Under the pieces are notes generated by a model. That model saw only the letters and a list, made by a program, of their open reading frames with translations. It was not told the DNA's origin and did not search any database. Below, one piece after another: positions 1 through 13,164 of a stretch of 64,000 bases of DNA. The stretch spans positions 77,254,001 to 77,318,000 of the forward strand of contig NC_087436.1 in the NCBI RefSeq assembly GCF_036321535.1. Reading direction: 5' to 3'. A program made the position numbers and the translations under genes. The DNA is from Camelus dromedarius. Taxonomy: Eukaryota. Position 1 is the first letter of the stretch. Each line of letters opens with the position of its first letter.

Positions 1-180
1 CAAATGATACTGTGTATGTTTTTATGGGTACACATATACAAATAAACAATAGGAAATAACCTTAAAGGATGCATGCAAACCTGATAATGATGGTTACCTT
101 TGGTGTTTTGGCTTCAGGGTTGGTGATCAAATTGGACTTTAACTTATCTGCAATGTTCTAAAGATTTACAACAAAATAAA
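1..180 (+). mobile_element. Old L1 (L1ME-like) 3' end fragment
   Basis: Resembles the L1ME 3' UTR (aaaggatgcatgcaaacctgataatgatggttacctttgg...) and ends in an A-rich acaaaataaa. Confidence 0.5.
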
Positions 181-267
181 GTGTGTTTGAGGAAGTGGGA
201 GGAGTGGGGAGTAGACTTACTATAAGGAAACTTTTAGGAGATCTGCAGTATCTTAACTGGATACCAG

Positions 268-650
268 TTGTATCAATTAGAGGTTTTGGTTGTGAGCAAG
301 AAACCAATTCTAATGAAATAGATTTAAAAAGGGGATTTATTGGAGGAGCACTGATTATCGTAGATTTGAAGAGAAAGTTGAGTGATGAGGCTAAGTAGTT
401 GGAATTAAGGATAATCACTACAACTCCAGTTGCTTTTCATCCTTGTGTCTCTCTGTTTATGATGTACATTCTCATGAGCTGAAGTGACACTGGTTAAACC
501 TGAGGCATATTCATTAGCTGAAGTTTGGGAGGTAAGAGTTATAAGTGAGTGGGTACCTTGACTGACTGTTTACCAAAATTGGGGTTCTGTTATCAAAAAG
601 TCAGGAGAGATATCAGGGAGGTAAAACCAACAGGTGTCTATAACTATCAC
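268..650 (-). mobile_element. Old MaLR LTR (MLT1J/K/L-like)
   Basis: Start tgtatcaattagaggttttggttgtgagcaagaaaccaattcta and end ggggttctgttatcaaaa...caggtgtctataactatcaca are typical of an antisense old MLT1. Confidence 0.55.
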
Positions 651-1224
651 AGAAGACCACATATGAAGGTCTATTTCATTCCTTCAACTATAATTTTTAG
701 ATGGTCTGTGGGTCTATGGGAGCTAATTCTCTGTTCAAGCTTCACAGAGAATTTCTAACTCATTCTAGTTTTAAATATAGACCATAAGGAGGAAATTAGG
801 TAGAAACTGACCAAGTGGTAAGATTATCTTGTGAGCAGTGGAGAAACAATACATGTTTTCTGGCCAAGCTACTGACAAAATGAATTTGATATTTTGAAGA
901 TTTAATGTTAGAATAGTGCATAGGTGTATTGTCTCACTTTTGAATAGAACAGTAAATTGAGTATTTCTCAAATATCTGATTCTCTCTATTGGTACTAATT
1001 ACTAGTTATTTTTATGTATATTTAGATGTTTTGGACTATTAGTTGATGCTGACACTATAAGCCAAGGCACACAGAGCTAGAATAGAAGAAGCTGACAAGT
1101 TACGATCAACTTAATGGGTTGCATTTATAGATCAACAAACTAATTGGTAGGTTACATATTGTACATGGCTATGTTGATTTAAAGAAATCTGGTAGTAGCC
1201 TCTCTTTAACTCTTCACAAAAAGA

Positions 1225-2075
1225 AATCACCAGGTCTACTTACCTTTTAAAATATTTTCCAAATCTATCCCTTCCTATTCTTACCACCACTGCTTTAAAT
1301 CAGGTCTTCATCGTCTCTTCTAAAGCCCCCTAATTAATCTTTCCATCGTGGTTCTTCTCCAGATTATATTTATCGCAGCCACTTGATATTTTTACTAGAA
1401 CACAAAGTTGACTGTCTTATTTCCTTGCATAAGACCCTTGTGGTTCAATATCTCCTAGAAGACAAGGTTCAAACTTCTTAGTGTAGCATGCAAGACCTTC
1501 CTGGAAAGGCAGTGTGGCCTCGTGGTTATAAGAATGGGTTTTAGAACCAGACTGCCTGGGTTTGAATATAGGTCTGCTCCTATTAGCTTTGTGACCTTAA
1601 CTAAGTATTTATAACAGTATGTGTATTCAAATGTTAGCTTTTATTTTTAATATTATATGATTTCTCCCTCATTTCCTGCACTTACCTTTTGACTTTTGCA
1701 ATTACCTAAGGGCACTTTGCAGTTTCATATCTCTCTTATAGTTACTGATAACTCTTTCCCTCTCCCACCACCCCAACTCCCAAGCTGGCTAATGCTATCT
1801 CATCTTTTAACATTTAGTTCAATAATTACTTGAAAGCTTAAGTTAAATGACTTTTCCTTGAATAGGTTGGATATTTCTCTTACGAACTCCTCAATATCCA
1901 TCCATATCTCTATTATTACAGTTATCCCATGATATTATACTACAGTGTTTCTGTATCTGTTCACCTCTTTGAGACCACAGGAACTTGAGAGGAGGAACTA
2001 TGTGTCATTCATCTTTGTCCTTGGTGCAGTCTCTGGTACATAATGGACACACAATAGAAATGTTTTTTGAATATA
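1225..2075 (+). mobile_element. L2 3' region interrupted by a MIR
   Basis: L2-like motifs: aaggttcaaacttcttagtgtagcatgcaagacc, and cttgagaggaggaactatgtgtcattcatctttgtcc...ctggtacataat...tttttgaat at the L2 3' terminus. Confidence 0.65.
1505..1650 (+). mobile_element. MIR SINE
   Basis: ggcagtgtggcctcgtggttataagaatgggttttagaaccagactgcctgggtttgaat...gctttgtgacctt matches the MIR head and core. Confidence 0.75.
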
Positions 2076-2753
2076 TAGAAAATTGCCAAATAAAGGATTA
2101 TTTTTTCACTAATCCCTCTTGAACTCACTCTTTATTTTGTGGCTCAGTGTTGCTTGATTGAGACCTTTATGATGAATTTTCTTTAAAATTTATTTCCAGA
2201 GAAATAAAGAAAAATTTCTCTTTTGAATTCTTAACATTCTTTTATCTGACAGAGACAAGCTAGTGTCCTGTCTTGCTTTGATTATCCCCATTCATGGAGC
2301 TGAAATGAATGCTCTGTTTCAATAACTGAGTTGGCCTAGGTCGCTAGTATTTTCATTTTTTTATATTAAATAAATAAATTATGCTTAAATTATAGGCAAT
2401 TTAAATTCATTGTGGGTTGTGAGGGGAATAAATTGAATTTTCATGGCATGATAGAAAGAATAAAATGAGCATGTGAGTGGAATTAACTGAATCTGGCATA
2501 TGTATTGATATAGGCATGTATATTATTTATAAACTTGATTCTAATTATTTGTAAATAAAGACTATATGAAATTAAATTGAAGAATCTAGTAGATTATAAT
2601 AATTGTGTGTTTATAATGATTATGTGTAATGTGTATGTATAGATTTAGTATTATAAGGAATTGTCATTTGGAATAAAGAAGCATTTATTTTTTTACCCAT
2701 AGTATTCTAAATATATTTGTTATCTAATATGACTGAAGATCTGCTTTTTATAG

Positions 2754-2844
2754 GACATTAACAAGTGCTGGTAAAGACCTGCAAGACAATTTTCTGAAGG
2801 CTCTGGCAGTGAGAGAAGAAGATAATCGCAGTGGAAAAGTGAGC
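2754..2844 (+). CDS. CFAP299: Internal coding exon (exon 3) of cilia- and flagella-associated protein 299 (C4orf22)
   Basis: Acceptor ctgctttttatag ends at 2753 and donor gtgagt starts at 2845. The 91-nt exon (phase 2 in, phase 0 out) translates as (aaG) [30 protein letters not shown]. This matches the recalled human CFAP299 segment [40 protein letters not shown] and the recalled exon size (c.243-333). Confidence 0.93.
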
Positions 2845-4469
2845 GTGAGTACATTTCATTCAAAGGCTAAAAATGTATACCTTGAAGACACAGTTAGTAT
2901 ATAATGTCTAGTAAGTAATAATACAGCATTTAATATTGTCTCTGAAAATTAATTCATGAGGGACATAATATGGCTCTTTATTATTTATATATTACAGGAA
3001 TATATGTCGAAAAATGTTATTCCAATTATATCTACAGAAGTAACCAAATGGTGAGAAATAGTAGTATTCTATGCATCTATTGTGGAGAAAATGCCTATAT
3101 TTGGCAGACTGGTTGTCATCTTCAACTCTGTGCTAGTCCTATGTTGAAACGTCCCGCTTCTTTTCAGCCCAACCTCCTAGTACACTTCTCCAAGTCATGT
3201 CATCCACTCATCCCCAAGTTTTGCCCCCTGCCTACCTGATTTCATGCTACCTTAGAAGGTAGTCTTGGAGTCTTCCTTGGGAGATGGTATAGAAACCACA
3301 TAATGAAGAGACATGATTTTGAATCATCTAAGGAGAACTTGCTCTTGCTTTATTAAAACGTATGCTAGATCAAATACTTAACGTTGCTAATATTATTTAG
3401 AATAAATATTTCCTTTCTTGCTTTGCTAATATAATATTAGTGATAGCAGTCTTCTGTTAGTCTTAAAATGTTTCAAGTTAAGGATAAAAGTAGGTAAATA
3501 TTCATGCTGAAAGTGCAATAAATGACTTACAGAAAAATAATCAGAAGTGGTATGTTGAAAATTTTAGAGCAACAGAAAAAGATGTTATAAGGAGGTCTAT
3601 TTTACCAATTAAAAAAGTTGGCATTTTCTATCAGGTACCTTGAAAATTTCACATGCAGATAAAATCCTCAAACGTACTTCAGAAAGGGAAAACATCAAGC
3701 CTTGGTTAGATAACTGTACAGAACTATCCTAGACTTGAAATCAGGGAAAGTTTCTTAGCGGAAGTGGGCTGAGTGAGATTTAAAAGAGGTGAGGTTGGAA
3801 ATATGGGCAGAGACTAGACTTTAGAAGACTTTGTCAGTTACAATAGAAAAGTTTGGAATTTATCTGACCCTTAATGGAAAGAGTAGCTAGAACAGTAGGA
3901 AGAAAGCAGAAAAATGTGGTCTCTCAGGAATCCATGGCAAGTACTTTCAAGAAGGAGCAAGTGAGATTCAGGATCTGTTGTGTTTGAGAACATGCAAATA
4001 AAGAAAAAATACCGGAGAAGAACGAAATGCATCCATAGTAAGGACAGAAGTCAGATTTCTTAGGGTTGAAAACAGTAGCTCATTGTTAGACGGTAGCACC
4101 GACAAATACAAACAGCTTTACAGACCTAGGCCCATATCTTTTACCACCATGGTATACTTCCTTTCAAATATATCTTTATTAACCTTTCTATCTTGTTGGT
4201 ATTTCCTTTGACAATGAATGACAGCATCATCCACTCATTTACCCAGCTCAGAAGTATGTCAGTAACAATAAATTCCTTTATCCTCTCTCACTTATGTTGA
4301 ATGAGCCACTAAGTTCTCCTAAATATGTCAAATCATTTCATATTTCACCATCTCAAATATCATTTATCTAGATTCAGACCCCCATAATATCTTAAATATA
4401 TTATTATAACAGCCTCCTAAATGATATGCCTGTGTATTTTCTTGACCAACTCCCATCCATTTTCCAATC

Positions 4470-6150
4470 ATTCAGCAAATATTTCTTGTGCACCTGCTCA
4501 AGCCTGGAACTGTTTTAGTCACTGGACACTGGGGCACTGCAGAATCTATGACTTTAAAGTTCTTTATATTTGAGAGAGGAGGAAGAAAATAAGTAAGCAA
4601 AATAAAAGTGGAACAGTTAATTTCAGCTCTGGATAGGTGTATAAAATCAGAATATTGGCTATAGAGAGATTGACTAGACAGTGGTTGATTGCTTTAGTTA
4701 CTGTGAACAAGAAAATCACTTTAAGGAGGTGACATCTTTTAATACTTGAATGAAATGGAGAAGGTGGCCATGGAATTTGAATGATGAGACACCGCAAACA
4801 GATAAATATTTGCGAAGGAGAGATACCCTGAGAAGAAGGAACAGTGTAATAAAATCTGAATTGACAGCCAATCATGGTATGTTCAAGAGATGGTAAGAAG
4901 ACCAGAATGACTGGAATGCAGTTATTGAAGGGAATTATAAAGACAGATGAGGTCAGAGAGGGGATCAGCAGCCAGATCATACAGGTTTTAAGGAATTTTT
5001 ATTTTATTCTTTATTTTTAATTTTTATATCTATTCTTTTATTATTGTGACAGAAAGTTAGATGGATGATCTTAAGCAGAGAAGTGACCTGATCTGATTAA
5101 CACTTTAGAAAGACTGACCTCATTGCTGCTGGGCAGGGTAGGAGAATGTGGGGAAGAAGTCTAGAGCAGAAATAAGGAGGTAAGTTAGGCTAAGATGATA
5201 TATTAGTTTCCCGTGGCTGCCATAACAAATTACTGCAAACTGAGTGGCTTAAAACAACAGAAATTTGTTCTCTAACGGTTTAAAGGCCAAAAGTCTGAAA
5301 TCAAGGTGACAGCAGAACCATTCTGCATGATCTGGGGGAAAGTCTGTTCCATGCCTTCCCCTTAGCTTCTGATGTTGCTGACAGCTATTGATGTTCTTTG
5401 GTTTGTAGAGACATTCTTCTAATCTCTGCCTCCATCATCATGTGGCATTCTTGTGTATCTATGTCTCTATCTTATGTTCCTACAAAGACACCAGTCATAT
5501 TGGATTAGCACCTCCTCCTCCAGTTAAATATGACTTAATATTAATTTTATTACATCTATGAAGAGTCCATTTCCCAATAAGTTTGTTTCCGCAACTATCA
5601 GGCGTTAAGACCTCAACATACCTTTTGAGGGGACATAATTCAACCCACAACAAAGGATAAAAAGTTTGTTCTTGTTTTTGACCAGGTAAGTATCATTGGT
5701 TACATTGTTGAGGGCTGTTTCAGTGGAGAGCTTTGATTAAACGTCTTGGTGGATTAAATAGAGGAAAGAAAAAAAGTGTATATGTGAAGATAAGGAGAAA
5801 TAACTGTTTTGAGGATTTTTACAGTGCTGTGTAACATAAAACACTGAGTGATAGCTGATATTGGGCTGGGGGTCCAGGAAGTTTGTTTTATTGTATTTTA
5901 AGATGGATACTATTAACCAAGTTTTATGTTAATAGCAGTGATTCAGTAGAGAGAGGGGTATTGGTGGTGTAGGGGACAAAGGAGATTCTTGCTGGAAAGG
6001 CGGGATCCAGAGCTCCAGGAAAAGGTTTGCCTTTTGAGAGGGGCAGAACCACTGTTAAAGTTATAGCAGGAGGGAAGAAAGAGCCTAGAGGCGCACCTGC
6101 TGAGTATGTTGGATTGAAATTTTAGAAGATGAGATAGCTCTGCTGTGAGT
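4470..6150 (-). mobile_element. L2 fragments flanking an inserted MLT1 LTR
   Basis: cattcagcaaatatttcttgtgcacctgct (L2 3' end, antisense), gaagaccagaatgactggaatgcag, ttaagcagagaagtgacctgatctga and agggctgtttcagtggag. Confidence 0.6.
5199..5652 (-). mobile_element. MaLR solo LTR (MLT1B/C-like)
   Basis: tattagtttcccgtggctgccataacaaattac...gtggcttaaaacaacagaaattt through ggggacataattcaacccacaaca. Both MLT1 termini are present over about 450 bp. Confidence 0.85.
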
Positions 6151-8399
6151 TTATCTACTTTTTCTGTATTGTTGCTCCAAATGACCTTGTATCATTATGA
6201 TTTTTTCCCTTAGAAAACCTAAATTGAAGTTTTTTTGAGTCATTTAATGTTGGGTAGGTTGCCACTGATTTGGAAACTAGAATCTTTTTTAGACTCATAG
6301 CTTGCTAACTCTGAAAATAACATATGATCATTTATCTGGCCCTTTGAATTTATAGTATTATTATAATCAGCAGAATACATGTCATTGTATCAAGGGCTGC
6401 ATTTAAGGCTTAATTTTCTATTTTCCTAATCTTAACGAAGACTCCAAATGGTTTTATAGCAAACTGTTTACAACAGAATACAACATATTTTAGAAAGATC
6501 TAATTGTTAGAATCATAGGCTTACTTAAAAGCCATTAACTAAATGGATATGCTTTTTGAAAAGCAGTCCTATGAAGTATACAATATTCATGAGATTTGAA
6601 TCTATATTAATTTGCTGTCAGCAGAAATTGTATGTGAATTTTATGAGGGCTGAGCTTTCAAAGGGAAATGACTATTTCCTGAGCGTTGGGATTTCTCTAC
6701 ATAATGTGTAGGGGCAAAATAAATGGAGAACTTCAACGGAGAGGCACACTTGCTACCCTTTTTGTTTCATCTTACTGAAAGTAATACTAGAAAAATTATC
6801 ATATAGTTTTAGAACTGACATAGTTGACCTGCCTGGCCTATTAAGGCTTGAAGGACTAATTTCATAGCAATTTTCCTAGGTAATTTTCTTTAAATGTAAC
6901 TAGGAAATTAGAAGAAAATTAAATTTACTTTCCCACACTCACAAGTTTTTATTTTATTTTTAAGTTTGGTGATCCCAGGTTTCAGATGCTATTTAGTGTA
7001 ATTGAATCTTGTTCTGAGTGTCCTCTTTCTCCCTCTGGTCAACTAATTACAAACATGATGTATTAGTTTTTGCTGCTTAGTCTTTGAATTTACTCTGCTA
7101 TGGAGCTTGGGAAAACAGCATTGCTCTCTGTCCCTGATCCCCAGGGGCCCCCACCATAATATTTTCAATGCACAAGCTGTAGGATTATTTGCTTATTATA
7201 TGCATTTATACCATTCCCACAAAGCTGCTGCTTGGACGTGTAATCTTGGGCTGTGTCCTGGGAGAGAAGTGTTTTATGAAAACTGAAGGTTATATAGCTG
7301 CTACTTGAAGAATAAAAATTCTTGAAAAGTAATTCCTTTAAAGCTTTCATTGGTTCAGTGGGTCAGATGTTGTCAATACAAATATTGTTTAGATAAATCC
7401 CTTTTTAAAAAAGCTTGTTGTAAGCCAGAAGTAACTCAATTTAATTTGAGAATTTGTATTATTTCATGAATGCCTCTAAATTTCATATATAATGTACACA
7501 AAATAATGTGTATGTATAATATATGTATATGTATATATAGCCATATATACAAGCACAATATGGAAGCATACCTTTACATATATGTATAACCACACATTTT
7601 TAAAACATCTTTTCCAAGATACTGTGTTTTCAATTACTATGATGTTCCATGCACTTTGTTTAGACAAAACATTGAGCCTTATGTGCAATTTATGTACAAA
7701 AATGTTTGAAAGGATTAACTGTGTAGTATTTCAAATGATGGGTACAATGAGTATTTTTTCCTAGTAATATAATTATTTAATTTTATTTTAAATGTGAGCT
7801 ATTCATGTAGGAAAACATTTCTACCTCATGTCCCATGTATTTCAGATTTTAAAAAAAATTTAAAGACTAAAATGACTAACAATTTTCTTCTCATTTGGGA
7901 GCAGATATATTGTTCCCTGAGAAGTGCAGTTTTTTGATTGTTCATGTGATGAAGTTTTTAACACTGCCACCACAGTGAGGCATTTATTAAGTATATGTTT
8001 ATAATAAATGCTTGGAAAAGCACATTAATCAGGTCTGGTTCTAGATATCCAAAAACTCGGATGAGAAGCAAATCATAGTAATACAGGTAGACATAAAAAA
8101 ATTCACAGAGAACTGAACACATTGTATGAACTTATGAGATACTGCAAAATGCATTTTCTCAGAAAAATCAGTGAAAATGTTAAATAATTGAGCATTTAAA
8201 AGAGGATGAGATTAAGTTTTTTTTTTTTTTTGCAATTTCCAGCAATGTCTTGATAAAAATGGTAGAATTACAGAGGATGCTTGAATGAAGATGTAACATC
8301 TTGAGAGCATTTCATATCTGTGATAGAGACTAAAGAAAATATTTGAGACAGTAGTTTCCAATTTCTTTCTAAAATACTCTGAGTTATTTACGTAGTTGA

Positions 8400-9835
8400 T
8401 CGTCTGTTTTCTCTCCTATCTTTGTATAGTTTTCCAACTTTCTTCTGACTTTTGATCTCAGTCTCTTTCTTAGCTGACCACCTTACACCTCAACTTGACC
8501 AGCATCTCTCCCACTATACACGTTTTCCCTTAGTGAATCACCCAGAGCCATGACTCACTGACTCTATGCCTCCTGCTACCAAAACAGAGGCTTAGATCTT
8601 GCTGTCCATCTGTTTATTAATTTATTCAGTTGTTTATTAAATGGTGATAACTGTTTCTGTACAAGGATTTGTGTGGGCTTCTGAGGAACAGTGGATGGCA
8701 AGTGCCTTGTGGAGCTTAAAGTTGCTTGGAAAATCAAGTAATCAAGTAAGCATACAAATAAAGCAAAATTGCAACTGTGATAGGTGCCATGAAGGAAGAA
8801 CCAAAAAAGTTCTGACTGAGGAAGTGGGCTGAGAGATGATGTGATCAGATTTTCAGACAGAAAAAGATCTGTATGCCTTCAGTATAGAGAATAAATTATA
8901 GAGCTGATAAAGCAAATGCCAATAAATGCAAGATCTGGTGAGAGAAGATGAGATGGTAGCCTGGACCAGGAAGATGATAGGGAAAATAAAGGAAAGAGAG
9001 CTGATCTAAGAGTTATTTAGAAGGTAAACTAGGCAGGAATTGGTGACAGGACAGGGCTAAGGAGGGGGTTAAGACAAAGAGAGTGGCCGTGGATAATTGG
9101 CCTTCACAGCTGGATAGATGGTGGTGCACTCAAAGATGGGCAGTAGGGTATACAGACCATGGATCTGATTTTAAACATAGACTGAGTTTGAGTTGTCTTT
9201 GATGAAAGAAGTGGAAGTGTCAAGTAGAGAGCTGGAGAAAAAGATTCCAGTGTTTATCTCCATATTGCTATACCTCGGATACTAACATTTAATCTACAAC
9301 TAAACCAAGTTTCTGTTCCTCTTCCATTCCTCAGATGTCACCTCCAGTTTGTGACCAAAGCTGGTCAGTTCTACCTTGTAAATATGTCTCAAATATATAT
9401 GATGGCAAGAGAGCCAAAGAGGTGGGCAACAGGCAGCTCTAAGGGCTCTATTGTGCTGTGCTCAGTAGCATGGACAGTGCCCTGAAGATGGTGTGTATCC
9501 ATGAAAGAATTTAGATGGGTAGTCAATGTCATCAAATGGGTATTTTAAGAGTACATTAGCAGCAGTATGTAAGGATAAGTATGTGTCTGTAGGGGTAGGG
9601 GATGAAATATGAGAAGAGGAGGTCAACTGAGAGCTGTTGTAACATTTCAGATAGATCATAAAAGGCTGGGATCAGGAAATGACAGAATGAATGGTAGGAA
9701 AAACACGGATTTGAGTAATCAGGAGATAACTTTATTTTGATATAGGAAGTGGTGAGAGGGAGTTTTGAATATTATTCATGCATTTCTATTTGGGGGATTC
9801 AGTGGAAAGTATAAACAACTGATGATAATTTTATT
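8400..9835. mobile_element. Cluster of degraded L2 fragments, mostly antisense
   Basis: ttattcagttgtttattaa..., gatgtgatcagattttcag, ttttaaacatagactgagtttgagttgtctt and gagaagaggaggtcaactgagagctgttgtaac. Confidence 0.55.
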
Positions 9836-9871
9836 AATGGGAACAGAAGTGTGATCCGGGCTTTAGAGGAC

Positions 9872-10485
9872 TTAGTATAGTTCATTGGTTAAGAGCATAG
9901 AAGTTGGAGGTAAACATTAAGTAGTCTAAGGTTTCAGATTTACTACTTACCAGTATTATAAATTGCAGAAAGACTATGTTAGTTTTCTAAGGTGCAATGT
10001 CCTGCTCTGTAATGTACAGATTAAAAGAGTACCTTCAACAGATATTATATATCACTTATATGTGAAATCTAAAAATAATGATACAAATGAACTTATTTAC
10101 AAAACAGAGAGACCCACAGACAGAGAAGCAAACTTGTGGTTACCAAAGAGGAAGGGGAGGGGAGGGATAAATTAGGAATTTGGGATTAGCAGATACAAAC
10201 TACTGTATATAAAATAGATCCACAACAGGGTCCTAGTGTATGGCACGGGGAACCATATTCAATATCTTATAAAAACCTGTAATGAAAAAGAATATGGAAA
10301 AGAATGTATATGTATAACTGAATCATTATGCTCTACACCAGAAACTAACACAACATTGTAAATCAACTATACTTCAAATAAAAAAAGTGTGCCTTCATCT
10401 TATTTTGATTGAATATTGAAAGGAAAATATGGGTTAAACACTTGACACACTGCATGATACATACAGTATTTAATAAATACTATGA
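9872..10485 (+). mobile_element. MIR split by an L1 3'-end insertion
   Basis: The MIR head (tggttaagagcatag) and core (gtcctgctctgtaatgtacagattaaaagagtacct) lie before 10037. The MIR tail (aaacacttgacacactgcatgatacatacagtatttaataaatactat) lies after 10397. Confidence 0.65.
10038..10382 (+). mobile_element. 5'-truncated cetartiodactyl L1 3' end (L1_Art-like) with TSD
   Basis: Reads atcacttatatgtgaaatctaaa...gggattagcagatacaaactact...ttgtaaatcaactatacttcaaataaaaaaa. Flanked by aaaagagtaccttca (10023-10037) and aaaagtgtgccttca (10383-10397), 13/15 identical. Confidence 0.9.
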
Positions 10486-11619
10486 TTTCTGCAATAAAAG
10501 AAAATTATAACATTGCTAGAGCTAAAATTATAAATACAATAGAAATTACAGAAAATATACAATACTTTCGTTGATAGTTCTCAAGGTAAGCATTGAATAG
10601 CTTTGAGTCTCTCTTTAGAAAGGATGGTAGAAAGGGTTCCTTGAGACCATAAATACTTAGTTTTTATTAGAGATCTAAGGATTGTTGGTCATTGGCAAGA
10701 TATTGTAGCAGAGTATTAAAAAAAAAAACTTTGTTATGGAATTTTTCCAATGTTATAGGAAACCACAATCCTTTTCATTAATTTTCTGCTCTCTGCAAAC
10801 CGCTTTGCTATTTGCCATAATACTTGCTATTTTCCAAAGATGAAGAAGACGCAGGTCTCCCTACAGTGTTTCTGATATGATAGGATCACATAACTCTTTA
10901 AGGTAGCTAGGTGGCAGAGTAAGGGTGGGTGGAGGGAGTCGTTATTTTTCAGATGACAGTAAACTAAGAAACCTGGATTTACTGAATCGAAAACAAAAGT
11001 AAAACAGCTCCTTCCTAATCAGAGACTAATGAGGATTATAATGAAGGGTCACATGCTGTTCTGGGTTGGGAAAATGGAACCTGTTGATACTCATTTTCCC
11101 ACTGAATATTGACTGTGTAAACAGTTACATGGCTGACTAGTTTGGGCTTTGAAATATGCATTATTGAAGCTGGTATATAAGCACTACTTACAGCTTTTCC
11201 TTCAGAATCTTTCAAAGAAACCACTGTATGTGGGTCAGGAAAACCTATGAATTAGGCAGTTCCTAATATACCCATTTCCTGTGTTGAAATCTCTATGAAA
11301 CGTAAGATTGCATCGTATATGACCACTAACATTGTGCTGACATGATCTTTTCCCTCCTTGCTATTTTCCAACTTCTATAAAATGTCCCCTTTCAAGAAAA
11401 TGAAGGCATTATACAGATGTTTGTTTCCTTTTTAATTGAATCCATGCTTGCCCACTAATAAGCCCTTATGGAAATTATATAAGTCATACAATCTTACCTT
11501 CATTTTAAACAAATTACATCAATGTTTGGAAAATAGAATGCACATCAACTTCCATTTTGCTAAAAAAAAAAAGTATAGTCCGATAGAACTTTAATTTTTT
11601 TAATTTCCTGGACAAAAAT

Positions 11620-11875
11620 ATGATACAGAGGCAATGAGTAATTTTAGAGTAGAGGTTATGGAGCCGTATTAATCTGAATTTGATTCTTGGATTTCCCACT
11701 TATTTATAAGCTAAGTACAAGTTCTTCATCTCTGCAGAGTCTGAGTTCCACACCTGCTCCCCAATATGGGGATCATAGTTTTCATAGAGCTGAGATACTT
11801 CTAGAATAAAATTATGTAATGTTTAAAGCACAAATAAGCTGAATCCTTAGTAGTTGTTTAATAAATTATAAATAA
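11620..11875 (+). mobile_element. MIR SINE
   Basis: atctgaatttgattcttggatttcccacttattt...catctctgcagagtctgagttccacacctg...tgtaatgtttaaagcac. Confidence 0.6.
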
Positions 11876-11883
11876 TATGTGTT

Positions 11884-12341
11884 GTGTTAGTTCAGTTCTA
11901 GAAGCAGAGTCTAAGATGCAGATTTTAGTGCAAGTGACTTAGGGAGAAAATTCTCTCATATGAACCCTATTAAGGGAATGAGGGCTGCATGATTGTATAG
12001 AGGGAAAAGGTAGGTAGGGATGTGGTTTCAGTGGAAATCCAGCCTCAGTCTGATCACACAGGGAGCTCTGGAGCATGAATTGTATCAGACTTGTTCTGCC
12101 TTGAGGTCAGAGGCATGTGCTTATATACACTCTCCTTTCCCTTTTTCTGTCTCCATCAATTAATCCTCAGCAGCCACATGGGTTGGGGGAGGAAGGAAAG
12201 TGGCTCCAATCACCTAAGGGCAGTCCTTTTTGAGGAGAGTGCAGGTGTGAACCATTAGCCATTAACACCTGCAGCATCTGGATCTGAGTGCATCAGCCTG
12301 GGGAAGTGGATCTAGGAGGGACCCCACCAACATGCACTGCA
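11884..12341 (-). mobile_element. ERVL solo LTR (LTR16-like)
   Basis: agaagcagagtctaagatgcagattttagtgcaag, cagcctcagtctgatcacacagggagctctggagc and ccccaccaacatgcactgca match the recalled antisense LTR16 consensus. Termini read TG...CA. Confidence 0.75.
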
Positions 12342-13164
12342 GATGCAAAAGCTTAGTTTCAAACATTGTTGAAAGAAAAGAATGCCCCTCTTTCAATAAT
12401 GTAATCTTATATAGGCAAAAAATATTTTTATGCTATTTTAATTTATCAGTCCTTTTTATGTGAAAATTTAATTATTTCTTTAGTGTTCCCTTTCCATAAT
12501 CATTTGAATTAAAATAAAATGTATTATACTGCAAAAGCATCTTCATTTACAAATAATCAGAAATTCAAACATGGTTTTCAGTCCAGAAATTTTGCATATA
12601 TAATAAGCTTTCTCATCAAAATCTTATATCCACTAGTACCTGGCTCTATATAGAATGGTTACTGTTTTGTTTGGATTGACAGAATGAAGCCAGTGAATCT
12701 ACTCATGAGTGAGCAACCAGCAGCATGTTCGAGTGCATTCACCAAAGATGTTTGTGACTATAACAAGAAATAAAACCATCATAAGGAATGGAGATACAGT
12801 TGATTACTTTTTAAACACTATGCATTTTCAGATCTAGTACAGTATTTTTTAAATCCTTTCGGTTGCTTTTGGAATATGAAAAAGAGTAAAGTTGTTATAA
12901 AGTCACCAAAATTTGAAAAATGAATCTCTTTTCCATGTTATGGAGTTATTATATCCCTAATATTCTATGCAAGCAAGTTAACTTGGTTATTTGTCTCATG
13001 GTGAAATGTAGTAGGACTGGACTGTTTAGACATCAGTAGACATAAGAACATCCTGAGACTGCATCACTCTTCTCCATAAATGAAAGTAGGGCTAAAAATG
13101 GTTTTAAAAAAAGCACTGATATACTGACAGCAAGTGCACTGATCTGAAAGAGTATGTGAACTTC

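Noticed and set aside
3760..8833. Shared 14-mer ggaagtgggctgag at about 3760 and 8820
   Set aside because: Both copies sit in degraded L2-like sequence, so the match is explained by repeat homology or chance.
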